A stretch of DNA of 31,880 bases. Origin: a virus. Positions 7,782-15,806 of the stretch are shown here, in pieces. Every line of letters begins with the position of its first letter. Position 1 is the first letter of the stretch. The stretch lies in IMG/VR virus record IMGVR_UViG_3300007516_000005, one strand, 5' to 3'. The position numbers and the translations under genes are program-made. The notes below the pieces were generated by a model. The model did no database searches, had not been told where the DNA came from, and was given only the letters and a program-made list of their open reading frames with translations.

Positions 7782-8045
7782 ATGAAACAACCTCACACTC
7801 ACATTACAAACATAGCGGGCCTTAGTGAAACAGAAAAATTAAAAATTTCTATCACTATTGGTGGGCGCAGCTCTTATGGCTTTTTTCAGTACTACTTTGC
7901 AGAGCTGCCTCATCACCTCACACAAACAGCTGCGTTTAACCACGTCAACACATTATATTATGAACTATTTGGCGAGTACCGTTATGAAAGCTACGATGCC
8001 TTTCGCCACGTCTATGCCAGGCATCTAAAAAATAAAAATAAATGA
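7782..8045 (+). CDS. Hypothetical protein
   Basis: ATG at 7782 (track start is a TTG at 7776). 87 aa. Its stop overlaps the next start (ATGA). No family recognised. Confidence 0.6.
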   Translation: MKQPHTHITNIAGLSETEKLKISITIGGRSSYGFFQYYFAELPHHLTQTAAFNHVNTLYYELFGEYRYESYDAFRHVYARHLKNKNK

Positions 8046-8224
8046 TTAAAATACTCCTTACTTTTATAATAGCCATCATAGTATTAATGGCCACCACACT
8101 GCTATTTGAGTGGCAATTCATAATAAAACACTGGACGCGGCAAACCCTCGTGCTTGTATTTATGATTATTCAAGTAGCTATTTACTATTTAATAATTAAA
8201 GAGCAAATTAAAGACTTGAAATAA
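8042..8224 (+). CDS. Small membrane protein (two predicted TM helices)
   Basis: 60 aa with two hydrophobic segments, ILLTFIIAIIVLMATTLLF and LVLVFMIIQVAIYYLII. Confidence 0.55.
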   Translation: MIKILLTFIIAIIVLMATTLLFEWQFIIKHWTRQTLVLVFMIIQVAIYYLIIKEQIKDLK

Positions 8225-8236
8225 AAAACCAAATAA

Positions 8237-8599
8237 ATGAAAAGATTAAATTTTAGATTTTGGGATGTAACATTAAAAAAAATGTGTTACAGAAAACCAT
8301 TAACGTATGATTTTTCGATAAAAGATATTATCCCATTGCAATCAATCGGACGTGAAGATAAAAACGGAATTGAAATATATGAAGGGGATTACCTTGTAGA
8401 TAGATACCCTATTGATGAAGAAAATTTAAGTTTAGGGTACAATGAAAGTCTTTTGCCTGTTGTTTGGTGCAAAGATACTTTAAGCTGGTGTGTTGATGCT
8501 TCATTTTTAAAAAACGGAACTTTCTTAACCTCACTCGTGGAATATTTTGGTGAGTTTTTAGAGGTCAAAGGGAATGTTTATGAAAATGCACTTCCGTAG
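8237..8599 (+). CDS. YopX-family protein
   Basis: FRFWD..., GREDKNGIEIYEGDYL and a C-terminal VKGNVYEN match the YopX pattern. Confidence 0.75.
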   Translation: MKRLNFRFWDVTLKKMCYRKPLTYDFSIKDIIPLQSIGREDKNGIEIYEGDYLVDRYPIDEENLSLGYNESLLPVVWCKDTLSWCVDASFLKNGTFLTSLVEYFGEFLEVKGNVYENALP

Positions 8600-8604
8600 T
8601 ATTT

Positions 8605-8890
8605 GCCCTAACGCTTGGGCTATGAATTGAAGCCCTTAACAGAAAGTTCAATTCGCATACTAATTTAACTTAGGCTTTTATTTATAGCCTGTGTTAGCGG
8701 TTCGGCTTTACGGACTTAACTTAAAAAGCAATGAAAACAAGAGGGTATTCGGCATTTTCAAGCGTAATTAATGGCAAACTTCGTAAAGGGCGAGTTGTTT
8801 GTCGGAATATCGCCTAACGCATGGGTATAAGAAACGGTTGCCTATCCGTCCAGAGAATTTGGCAACTGTTTTTTATACCGTGTTACCTGA
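8605..8890 (+). ncRNA. Candidate structured RNA region with two paralogous long hairpins and a central helix
   Basis: No ORF of 60 aa or more on either strand across 8600-8930. Hairpin A: 8608-8614/8691-8697 plus 8617-8623/8684-8690. Hairpin B: 8815-8820/8880-8885 plus a 19-bp stem 8824-8842/8861-8879. Central helix: 8706-8714/8780-8788. G-T pairs are tolerated only if the + strand is read as RNA. Confidence 0.3.
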
Positions 8891-8948
8891 CTGTTATTAT
8901 TAAAAGAAAAAAAACGATGGCAAATTATTTTTGCAAAAAATAAAACTT

Positions 8949-9650
8949 ATGAAACCACTAAATAGAAAAAATTACGGTTCAATACCGCATCTATCTAATA
9001 GTAAATTAGGAACTGGCGACCACTTTGTAAATCAAGGAGAAGAGAGTATATTAACCCAAAAAAAACGAGATAAGCACGATGAAATATTTGTGTTTGAAAA
9101 GTACGACGGTTCTAATGTTGGAATTGGCAAAATAGACAACAAAATAATTGCAGTAACTCGAAGTGGTTATGTAGCAAATACAAGCCCTTATAAACAGCAC
9201 CATTTATTTAGTGAATGGGTTTATAAAAATATAATGACTTGGATGTACTTATTGAAAAATGGCGAAAGAATTACTGGTGAATGGTTGGCACAAGCACACG
9301 GAATTAAATATGATATTCACGAAAAATTACAGCCAATAATTTTCTTTGATCACTTTAACGAAAATAACGAAAGAAGTGGCTTTGATGTATTAGACACTTT
9401 TTACAAAGAATACGAAATACAATTACCAAGACTTTTACATAGAGGCGATTCAAAAAGTGTTGAAGATTTAAAAACTGAACTCAATAAAAAAACCTACGGA
9501 ATAAATCCAGAAGGAAAACCCGAAGGAATGGTTTATAGAGTTGAACGAAAAGGAAAGGTAGATTTCCTCGCTAAATGGGTGAGAAGTGATTTTGAGCCAG
9601 GTAAATACATTATAGACAAACAAGAAAGCGAACTAATATGGAACGTATAG
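8949..9650 (+). CDS. ATP-dependent RNA-ligase-family nucleotidyltransferase (minimal ligase)
   Basis: N-terminal YGSIPHL, motif I EKYDGSN (KxDG), ITGEWL, motif IV PEGMVYRV, motif V KVDFLAKWVR. The first ATG is at 8949 (track start is a TTG at 8931). Confidence 0.8.
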   Translation: MKPLNRKNYGSIPHLSNSKLGTGDHFVNQGEESILTQKKRDKHDEIFVFEKYDGSNVGIGKIDNKIIAVTRSGYVANTSPYKQHHLFSEWVYKNIMTWMYLLKNGERITGEWLAQAHGIKYDIHEKLQPIIFFDHFNENNERSGFDVLDTFYKEYEIQLPRLLHRGDSKSVEDLKTELNKKTYGINPEGKPEGMVYRVERKGKVDFLAKWVRSDFEPGKYIIDKQESELIWNV

Positions 9651-9705
9651 ATATGCTCTACTTGCAGGGGGCTTTTTATTTTAATAATAATTGCAGGTAA
9701 CATGA

Positions 9706-9773
9706 GTATATACGACATGTAACCACAAATCATGTCGTATATACGCCCATATACCATATATCACGACATGTAA
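9706..9773. promoter_or_regulatory. 14-bp perfect inverted repeat plus a third copy of the ACGACATGTAA box
   Basis: GTATATACGACATG (9706-9719) pairs with CATGTCGTATATAC (9731-9744). ACGACATGTAA occurs at 9712-9722 and again at 9763-9773. Located in the intergenic region between the ligase and PolX-like genes. Confidence 0.4.
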
Positions 9774-9848
9774 ATTAATAATTAAAAAAAAGTAATTCTT
9801 TATAACTGAAATCACATATTAAGTAACACTTAAAAACTGAAAATTATT

Positions 9849-10340
9849 ATGGAATATCAAAAAGCTCTTAATATTGCCTTAAATGTGGTCGAATTATTAA
9901 AACCTCATTGTGAAAGAATTGAAATTGCTGGAAGTATTAGAAGGCAAAAACCAGAAGTTAAGGACATTGAAGTAGTTGTTATTCCAAAACCTTATGAAAC
10001 AGGATTGTTTGAATCTGGAATAGCAACAGTTGTAAGCAGATGGGAGAAAGTGAAAGGTGAATTGCCTTGCAAATACACCCAAAGAATATTACCAGAAGGG
10101 ATAAAACTCGATTTGTTTTTTGCTGAACGTGGAAACTGGGGATTAATTTACGCTATTAGAACTGGGAGTGCTGAATATTCTCATAAGGTTTTGGCTACTG
10201 AATGGGTAAGGCGTGGTTATAAATCTGAAGATGGCTACTTGACTTCTAACGGTAAACAAATAATGGTTTTAGAAGAACAGGATTTATTTAATAGAATTGG
10301 ATTACCATTTAAAAATCCAACTGAAAGATTTTATGAATAA
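9849..10340 (+). CDS. Minimal Pol X-like (Pol beta superfamily) nucleotidyltransferase
   Basis: 163 aa. AGSIRRQKPEVKDIEVVVIP (GS-x10-DxE), third carboxylate in KLDLFF, and a C-terminal EEQDLFNRIGLPFKNPTER like the Pol X thumb. The palm-plus-thumb-only layout and size resemble the 174-aa ASFV Pol X. Confidence 0.7.
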   Translation: MEYQKALNIALNVVELLKPHCERIEIAGSIRRQKPEVKDIEVVVIPKPYETGLFESGIATVVSRWEKVKGELPCKYTQRILPEGIKLDLFFAERGNWGLIYAIRTGSAEYSHKVLATEWVRRGYKSEDGYLTSNGKQIMVLEEQDLFNRIGLPFKNPTERFYE

Positions 10341-10445
10341 TATTAAAAAAGATTAAAAAATAAATTTAATCAAGCGCAACAAAGTTCCATAATACAACCG
10401 CAAACCCATTATATATTAGCCTAACTTAAAATTGGTTAGTAGAAA

Positions 10446-11660
10446 ATGGCAAACATCGTTCAAAGAGCACTAACGTCTCTAGTAACATCCCCAGGAAACC
10501 CCGGCGAGCGACGCTCTATGGGGTTTCCTTTTTTGCCATTTAACCCTCTCAAAGGTGAGTTTGGTGCGGTCATTAGCACAAATGCCGCCCTTACCCTACC
10601 CGCTTATTACAATGCCGTGGACCAAATTACAAACGACATTGCAAAACTACCTAAACACGTCTACAAAAAAAACGGGACTAATCGTGAAAAACTAAGTCAA
10701 CACCCTATTTCTTACCTAATAAACCGCGAGCCAAACAAACTAATGACCGCCTTTATCTTTCATAAAATGATGGCCCAGGCGGCAATAAATCGTGGCAACG
10801 GTATCGCTATTATTAACCGGGGTCAAAATACAGCGATTATTCAATCCCTCGAGTTTGTCCATCCTGACGACATAAAAGATATCAAACTAGTTTCAAACGA
10901 GCTATACTATTTTATAAAAGAGAAAGTATATACCTCAGATGAAGTTATTCATATCACAGGCTATACAGACAATGGTCTTGTAGGCGTTTCCGTAATAAAA
11001 TATGCGGCAAACGTGTTGGGGATATCACTCGCTGCACAAAAATTCTCACAAGAAACCTTTGAAAACCGCGGCGTTGGGTATGCAGTTATTGAAGCAGATG
11101 GCGACATTCCAAAAGAGAAAAAAGCCGAAATAGAAAATGCGGTCAATTCAAAACTTCAAGGCGATGGAAAAATAAAATCGGTGATGCTTGATGACGGGCA
11201 TAAATACAAAGCAATACAAATAAATAACCAGGAAGCACAACTTGTAGAGCAGGGTAAGCTATCTATTGCAGATATCTGCCGGTTTTTAAATATTTCACTA
11301 CACAAAGTAAAAATGCTTGATAACGCAAATTACAATGCGCTTAATATGTTAAATATTGAGCACGCCAGCGACAGCATACAGCCGTGGAGTATTAAATTTT
11401 CACAAGAATACGATAAAAAGCTTTTTACAGACAATGAAAAAATAGATCATTACATCAAGATGAATGACAATATCCTTTTGCGTGCAGATCTACAAACTAA
11501 AGGCGAGTGGTATTCTAAAGCAGTACAGGCGGGCATTTACACTCGCAATGAGATAAGAGCAATGGAAGAATTAAACGAAATCGATGGATTAAGCGAACCT
11601 CTCACGCCCGTAAATACACAAACCCAGGCACAAATTAAAAACAATCTGGAAAATGAATAA
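10446..11660 (+). CDS. Portal protein (HK97 family)
   Basis: 404 aa, directly followed by the prohead protease and major capsid genes. The sequence has an HK97-type portal character (NAVDQITNDIAKLPKHVY...). Confidence 0.88.
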   Translation: MANIVQRALTSLVTSPGNPGERRSMGFPFLPFNPLKGEFGAVISTNAALTLPAYYNAVDQITNDIAKLPKHVYKKNGTNREKLSQHPISYLINREPNKLMTAFIFHKMMAQAAINRGNGIAIINRGQNTAIIQSLEFVHPDDIKDIKLVSNELYYFIKEKVYTSDEVIHITGYTDNGLVGVSVIKYAANVLGISLAAQKFSQETFENRGVGYAVIEADGDIPKEKKAEIENAVNSKLQGDGKIKSVMLDDGHKYKAIQINNQEAQLVEQGKLSIADICRFLNISLHKVKMLDNANYNALNMLNIEHASDSIQPWSIKFSQEYDKKLFTDNEKIDHYIKMNDNILLRADLQTKGEWYSKAVQAGIYTRNEIRAMEELNEIDGLSEPLTPVNTQTQAQIKNNLENE

Positions 11661-12309
11661 AGGAAAAGATTACATCAAAAATATTGAAGGAGCAGAGCGC
11701 CGCTATTTTATGCAGACTGTCACCGCAGAAGTGCGCACAGCAGGCGATGAAAAAACCGCTATAATTGAAGGCTATGGTGCCGTTTATAATTCCCGTGCAG
11801 ATCTTGGGTGGTTTGAAGAAGAAATACTTCCGGGCGCATTTGACGAAGTGTTGAATGACGATGTGCGATGTCTTATTAACCACGACCCTAATTTAATACT
11901 AGCGCGATCAGTAAATGGTAAAGGAACTCTTTCACTTTCGCTAGATAGTAAAGGCCTAAAATACAGCTTTGAAACCCCTGATATATCTTATGCCCGTGAC
12001 TTGCAAAAGTCTATCGAATTGGGAAATATAGATAAATCTTCTTTCAGCTTTCGCATAAAAGAAGATAAATGGATCAAACGGGATAATAAGCCAGAACTAC
12101 GTCAAATTGTAAAATTCAAATCACTAATGGATGTGTCGCCGGTAACATACCCTGCATACATCGATAGTAGTGTAGCTAAAAGAAGTTTTGATGCTTTTAA
12201 AGATGACACTGAAGAAACAAACGACACCGTCACCGGTGCAAGTGAAGATAATTGTATTAGCGGGTATGAAGCTCGTTACAAGTTTAACCTTAATAAATGT
12301 AAGCAATGA
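11653..12309 (+). CDS. Prohead maturation protease (HK97 family)
   Basis: GYGAVYNSRADLGWFEEEILPGAF, LINHD and KSSFSF motifs. Overlaps both the portal and capsid genes. Confidence 0.9.
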   Translation: MNKGKDYIKNIEGAERRYFMQTVTAEVRTAGDEKTAIIEGYGAVYNSRADLGWFEEEILPGAFDEVLNDDVRCLINHDPNLILARSVNGKGTLSLSLDSKGLKYSFETPDISYARDLQKSIELGNIDKSSFSFRIKEDKWIKRDNKPELRQIVKFKSLMDVSPVTYPAYIDSSVAKRSFDAFKDDTEETNDTVTGASEDNCISGYEARYKFNLNKCKQ

Positions 12310-13619
12310 AAAAGTCTGATGCTTTAAAACAAGAACGAGCTTCCAAAATCGAAGCCCAGGGCAACCTGATTACACAAACAGAAACCGAAAAGAGAGCCTT
12401 TTCAGAAACTGAAACCGCAGAGTTTAATAACCTCGATGAAGAAATTCGCGCACTCGATATCGAGATCGAGCAAGCCTTAAAAATAGAAGCTGCGCAAAAA
12501 CGTGCGGCAGAACAAGCTGCGCCGAGTTCAGGAGTATCTGGCACAACAATCCAAGGACCACAAAAAAAAGAAGGTAATGAGGCTGCGGAAAAACGTAAAA
12601 TATTAGCCAGGGCTTCTATTTCACGTGCAATTTCTAGGGTGAGTTCAGGACTTTCACTGGAAGGTGCTGAAAAAGAAATGAGCGAAATCGCAGTGGAAGA
12701 ATCCCGCTTGGCAGGAGTGCCGATAAATGAGAAGGCATTACTGCATATACCTATGTCTATGCTTAGAGCAACTGCACATACAGTTACTGAAGACAGTGGA
12801 AATTTTGGTGGGCAGTTAGTTCATAACGATGCTCCAAAAGTGTTTATGCCTTTTGCTCCTAAAACTTTTCTTGAAAAACTGGGTGCAACACGATGGACAA
12901 GTCTTAAAGGCAACGTCCCTTTAGTGACAGGAAATAATTATGATTTCCAGTGGCTCGCAGAAACGGCCGCTATTACGGTACAAAAACAACAATTTGATGG
13001 TGGATCACTTTCGCCTAAAAGATTAGGAGCAGCTGTAGAAATTTCAAACCAATTGCTGATACAGTCATCTGTAGATGTTGAAGCTACCGTGCGAGGTCTT
13101 CTCTTTGCAGGATATGACCGCGCTATAAATGCTGCTGCTATAAATGGTGCCGGCGGTTTAGAGCCAACCGGTTTATTAAACACAGTAGGAATTCAAGAAT
13201 CTACTACTGTTGTAGCAACACCGGCTACCCGCGCAATGATTATCGAGTTGCAGTCTCTTATTGAAATTGCAAATGCAACTGAGGATTCTCTGGGCTATTT
13301 AATGTCGCCAGGGCTAAAAGCTTCGCTTCAAAATACAAAAGTAGACGCAGGCAGTGGTCTGTTTTTATTAGATGCAGGTCCTTTATTAGGATATAAAGTA
13401 GTCACGTCAACTTTAGTGCCTGAATTAGCCAGTAATCAAGTAATGATATTTGGTGACTGGAGCAAACTGTATATTGGTGAATGGGGATCAATGAGTGTTC
13501 TTTCAGATCCTTATTCAGCATCTTTAAGCAACTCAGTAAGGCTTGTAGTAAATGCACACGCAGATGTCGCTATTGCACAGCCTGAAGCATTTGCTGTAAA
13601 TAAATTTCTAGAAATTTAA
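12306..13619 (+). CDS. Major capsid protein (HK97 fold) with N-terminal coiled-coil delta/scaffold domain
   Basis: 437 aa. Charged coiled-coil N-terminus (about the first 100 aa), then a typical HK97 MCP body. No separate scaffold gene is present. Confidence 0.9.
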   Translation: MKKSDALKQERASKIEAQGNLITQTETEKRAFSETETAEFNNLDEEIRALDIEIEQALKIEAAQKRAAEQAAPSSGVSGTTIQGPQKKEGNEAAEKRKILARASISRAISRVSSGLSLEGAEKEMSEIAVEESRLAGVPINEKALLHIPMSMLRATAHTVTEDSGNFGGQLVHNDAPKVFMPFAPKTFLEKLGATRWTSLKGNVPLVTGNNYDFQWLAETAAITVQKQQFDGGSLSPKRLGAAVEISNQLLIQSSVDVEATVRGLLFAGYDRAINAAAINGAGGLEPTGLLNTVGIQESTTVVATPATRAMIIELQSLIEIANATEDSLGYLMSPGLKASLQNTKVDAGSGLFLLDAGPLLGYKVVTSTLVPELASNQVMIFGDWSKLYIGEWGSMSVLSDPYSASLSNSVRLVVNAHADVAIAQPEAFAVNKFLEI

Positions 13620-13647
13620 TAATAATAATGCTTTTTTCATAAATGTA

Positions 13648-13686
13648 AACCGCCTGTTATGATCGCTCAGGCAGGCGGTTTTTTTA
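13648..13686 (+). terminator. Rho-independent terminator after the capsid gene
   Basis: AACCGCCTG (13648-13656) pairs with CAGGCGGTT (13672-13680) and is followed by a T-run. Confidence 0.75.
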
Positions 13687-13691
13687 AAAAT

Positions 13692-13764
13692 AGTGAGGTA
13701 GAGCAGTTGGTAGCTCGCCGGGTTCATATCCCGGAGGTCGTGGGTTCAAATCCCGCCCTCGCTT
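13692..13764 (+). tRNA. tRNA with CAT anticodon (Met; an Ile-lysidine reading cannot be excluded)
   Basis: 73-nt cloverleaf. Acceptor AGTGAGG/CCTCGCT, D arm GAGC/GCTC, anticodon arm CCGGG-TTCATAT-CCCGG, T arm GTGGG-TTCAAAT-CCCGC. No encoded CCA. Confidence 0.85.
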
Positions 13765-13779
13765 CTAAATGTATTCACA

Positions 13780-14028
13780 ATGGCAACAAATAAAAATAAT
13801 TCGAGAAAAAAAGGCAGTGCAGAACAAGCCACAGCACCACAACAAGGTAAGGAAACCGCAGAAAAAGCCCCTTTTAAAGAAGAGCGCAAAGGAATGAAGC
13901 GCATTACCATCACAGCTCCCGTTGCCGGCAAATACTTATTGCCCTGGAATGTGGGTCAAACCGTTTTTATTGAAATCAAACAAGCAAATGAAATGATCGC
14001 TAATGGCGATGCAAAAGAAGTAAAATAA
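13780..14028 (+). CDS. Hypothetical head-module protein
   Basis: 82-aa ATG ORF with a Lys/Ala/Gln-rich N-terminus. Lies between the capsid and connector genes. Confidence 0.55.
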   Translation: MATNKNNSRKKGSAEQATAPQQGKETAEKAPFKEERKGMKRITITAPVAGKYLLPWNVGQTVFIEIKQANEMIANGDAKEVK

Positions 14029-14592
14029 ATGGAATACGCCATCACATACAAACCACGCACAGCAGGTCAAGAGATTATTACTTTGACTGAAGCTAAAGCT
14101 AATGCGCGCATCGATTATAATGACGAAGACGCATTACTGCAAGTGTATATTGATGCCGTGACAGATGAAATTGAGAAAATAATATCTGCTATTGTCCTGG
14201 AGCGAAATATAGTTGTTTCCTTCCAGCATTTTAAAAACCGCATTAATTTACTGGTAGCGCCGGTGCAAGAAGTGGTAAGTGTGAAATATATAGATGCATC
14301 TGGCGCAGAACAAACTGTGCCTGCTGCAAAATACATTTTTATGAGCGGTTACAGTTACAGGGGCAACGATTATTTAAGTTTTAAAAACTTTGATTTTCCT
14401 AATCTGGAAGAAGACAATCCTTTCCCTGTAAAAATTGAAGTCAAATGTGGCTATTTAACTGACGATGTACCTAAAGATATAAAACGCGCTGCGCTACTAA
14501 TGTTTGGTGCAGCAGAAACATACCGGGAAGATATGCCTATTAAGTTTAACACTAGCGCATACAGCATTTTGAAAAATTACAAACGATACTAA
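14029..14592 (+). CDS. Head-tail connector (gp6-like)
   Basis: LTEAKANARIDYNDEDALLQVYIDAVTDEIEK is the characteristic N-terminal motif of gp6-like connector proteins. Position follows the MCP. Confidence 0.7.
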   Translation: MEYAITYKPRTAGQEIITLTEAKANARIDYNDEDALLQVYIDAVTDEIEKIISAIVLERNIVVSFQHFKNRINLLVAPVQEVVSVKYIDASGAEQTVPAAKYIFMSGYSYRGNDYLSFKNFDFPNLEEDNPFPVKIEVKCGYLTDDVPKDIKRAALLMFGAAETYREDMPIKFNTSAYSILKNYKRY

Positions 14593-14936
14593 TGGCAAAC
14601 GCTACCATACATCCCGGCCAATTGAAAACACAGGTAGAACTGTTTAAGTACAGTACTGTGAAAAACGCCACCGGCGAGGCAGTAAAAACCGCCGTTAGTC
14701 TTGGTAAAAAGTTTGTAATGAGAAAAGACGCTGCCGGCGGTGAAGATGAAGAAGGTAAGCTTGTGTCTCTTAGCGTTGCAAAATATATAATGAGATATGA
14801 TAGAGATATTCTTGCAAAAGGCACAGAGTATTTTGTGCGGGACCAGGATGGGGATTATGAAATAAATAGTGTCATCCTAATAGGACCACTTCGCAATAAG
14901 TTCATTGAATTAAAATGCAGTAAACGTGGCAACTAG
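14592..14936 (+). CDS. Head closure / head-tail adaptor protein
   Basis: 114 aa. Synteny and the pattern GQLKTQVELFKYSTVKNATGE... are typical of the SPP1 gp16 / HK97 gp9 class. Confidence 0.6.
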   Translation: MANATIHPGQLKTQVELFKYSTVKNATGEAVKTAVSLGKKFVMRKDAAGGEDEEGKLVSLSVAKYIMRYDRDILAKGTEYFVRDQDGDYEINSVILIGPLRNKFIELKCSKRGN

Positions 14937-15438
14937 TGATTTGATTTTTGACATAGAAGGTTTTGAAGAGCTTAATAAAAAGCTAAAGCAACTGCCTGAC
15001 CGTGTAAAACGGCTTGAAGTGCTAAAAATTTTCAGAAAGCTTTCAAAGCCTGTCCAAGAGGCATATCGTCAAAATTTGCCAAAGGGCAATAAGCCACACA
15101 CCCGCTATGTCAAAAGTGGTATAAAAACCACTTACCAACCGGGAAATTTAGCTGCGAGTGTAAGTGCACAAACGGTTTCTTTAAAATACAGCGGGGGCAA
15201 TCCCAGTATTGCTGTGAGACCTTCAAAAAGAGGCAGTGCAGACGGCTATTACAGATTTATGGTAGTGGAAAAAGGTTTTAAAGGTAGCGGCCGTGGCAGT
15301 AGAAAAGGCGCAAATGATGTAGTGGCTAAAGCAAAAACCGCCGCCTTACAACAAACGGGCGGTATAACCACCGCAGAAGCCAGACAAAAAACAGCAGCAT
15401 ACATTCAAAAACAAATTGACAGATTAAACACAATATAA
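14926..15438 (+). CDS. HK97 gp10-like tail component
   Basis: GTG start overlapping the upstream stop. FDIEGFEELNKKLKQLPDRVK... is typical of the gp10 family; synteny agrees. Confidence 0.6.
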   Translation: MATSDLIFDIEGFEELNKKLKQLPDRVKRLEVLKIFRKLSKPVQEAYRQNLPKGNKPHTRYVKSGIKTTYQPGNLAASVSAQTVSLKYSGGNPSIAVRPSKRGSADGYYRFMVVEKGFKGSGRGSRKGANDVVAKAKTAALQQTGGITTAEARQKTAAYIQKQIDRLNTI

Positions 15439-15440
15439 AA

Positions 15441-15794
15441 ATGACAGCAGCAGCCACATACATACAAACAACCATTGCAGGCAATGCAACTATAGCAACA
15501 TTGCTCACGCAGGGCTTGTTTTGGGAACTTGCGCCAGAAGATGTTTTGTATCCTTTTGCAGATTTTAGCATTAACCAGGCACCGGGAAGAACAAAAGATG
15601 AAGGATATGGCTACACGGTAGACTTACGGGTCTTTGGTGAAAATATCACCGCCTCTGCTTTTATTGCAGATACAATTATGCTTGAAATGAAAACAATAAA
15701 ACCCACGTGGAAATTTATAAATGCCACTAGTGGCTATACAGATACGGATGCCAAGGTGGGCTTTGTACAAATAACATATCAATTTAATCTTTAA
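15441..15794 (+). CDS. Tail completion/terminator-like protein
   Basis: 117 aa. Assigned from its position before the major tail protein and weak DUF3168-like character. Confidence 0.45.
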   Translation: MTAAATYIQTTIAGNATIATLLTQGLFWELAPEDVLYPFADFSINQAPGRTKDEGYGYTVDLRVFGENITASAFIADTIMLEMKTIKPTWKFINATSGYTDTDAKVGFVQITYQFNL

Positions 15795-15806
15795 AACTAA
15801 AAAAAA

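Noticed and set aside
8824-8879. The 19-bp hairpin as a simple rho-independent terminator of the YopX operon
   Set aside because: The T-run lies inside the 3' arm of the stem rather than after it. The hairpin also has a paralogue (8608-8697) with the same base helix, so it is treated as part of a structured element.
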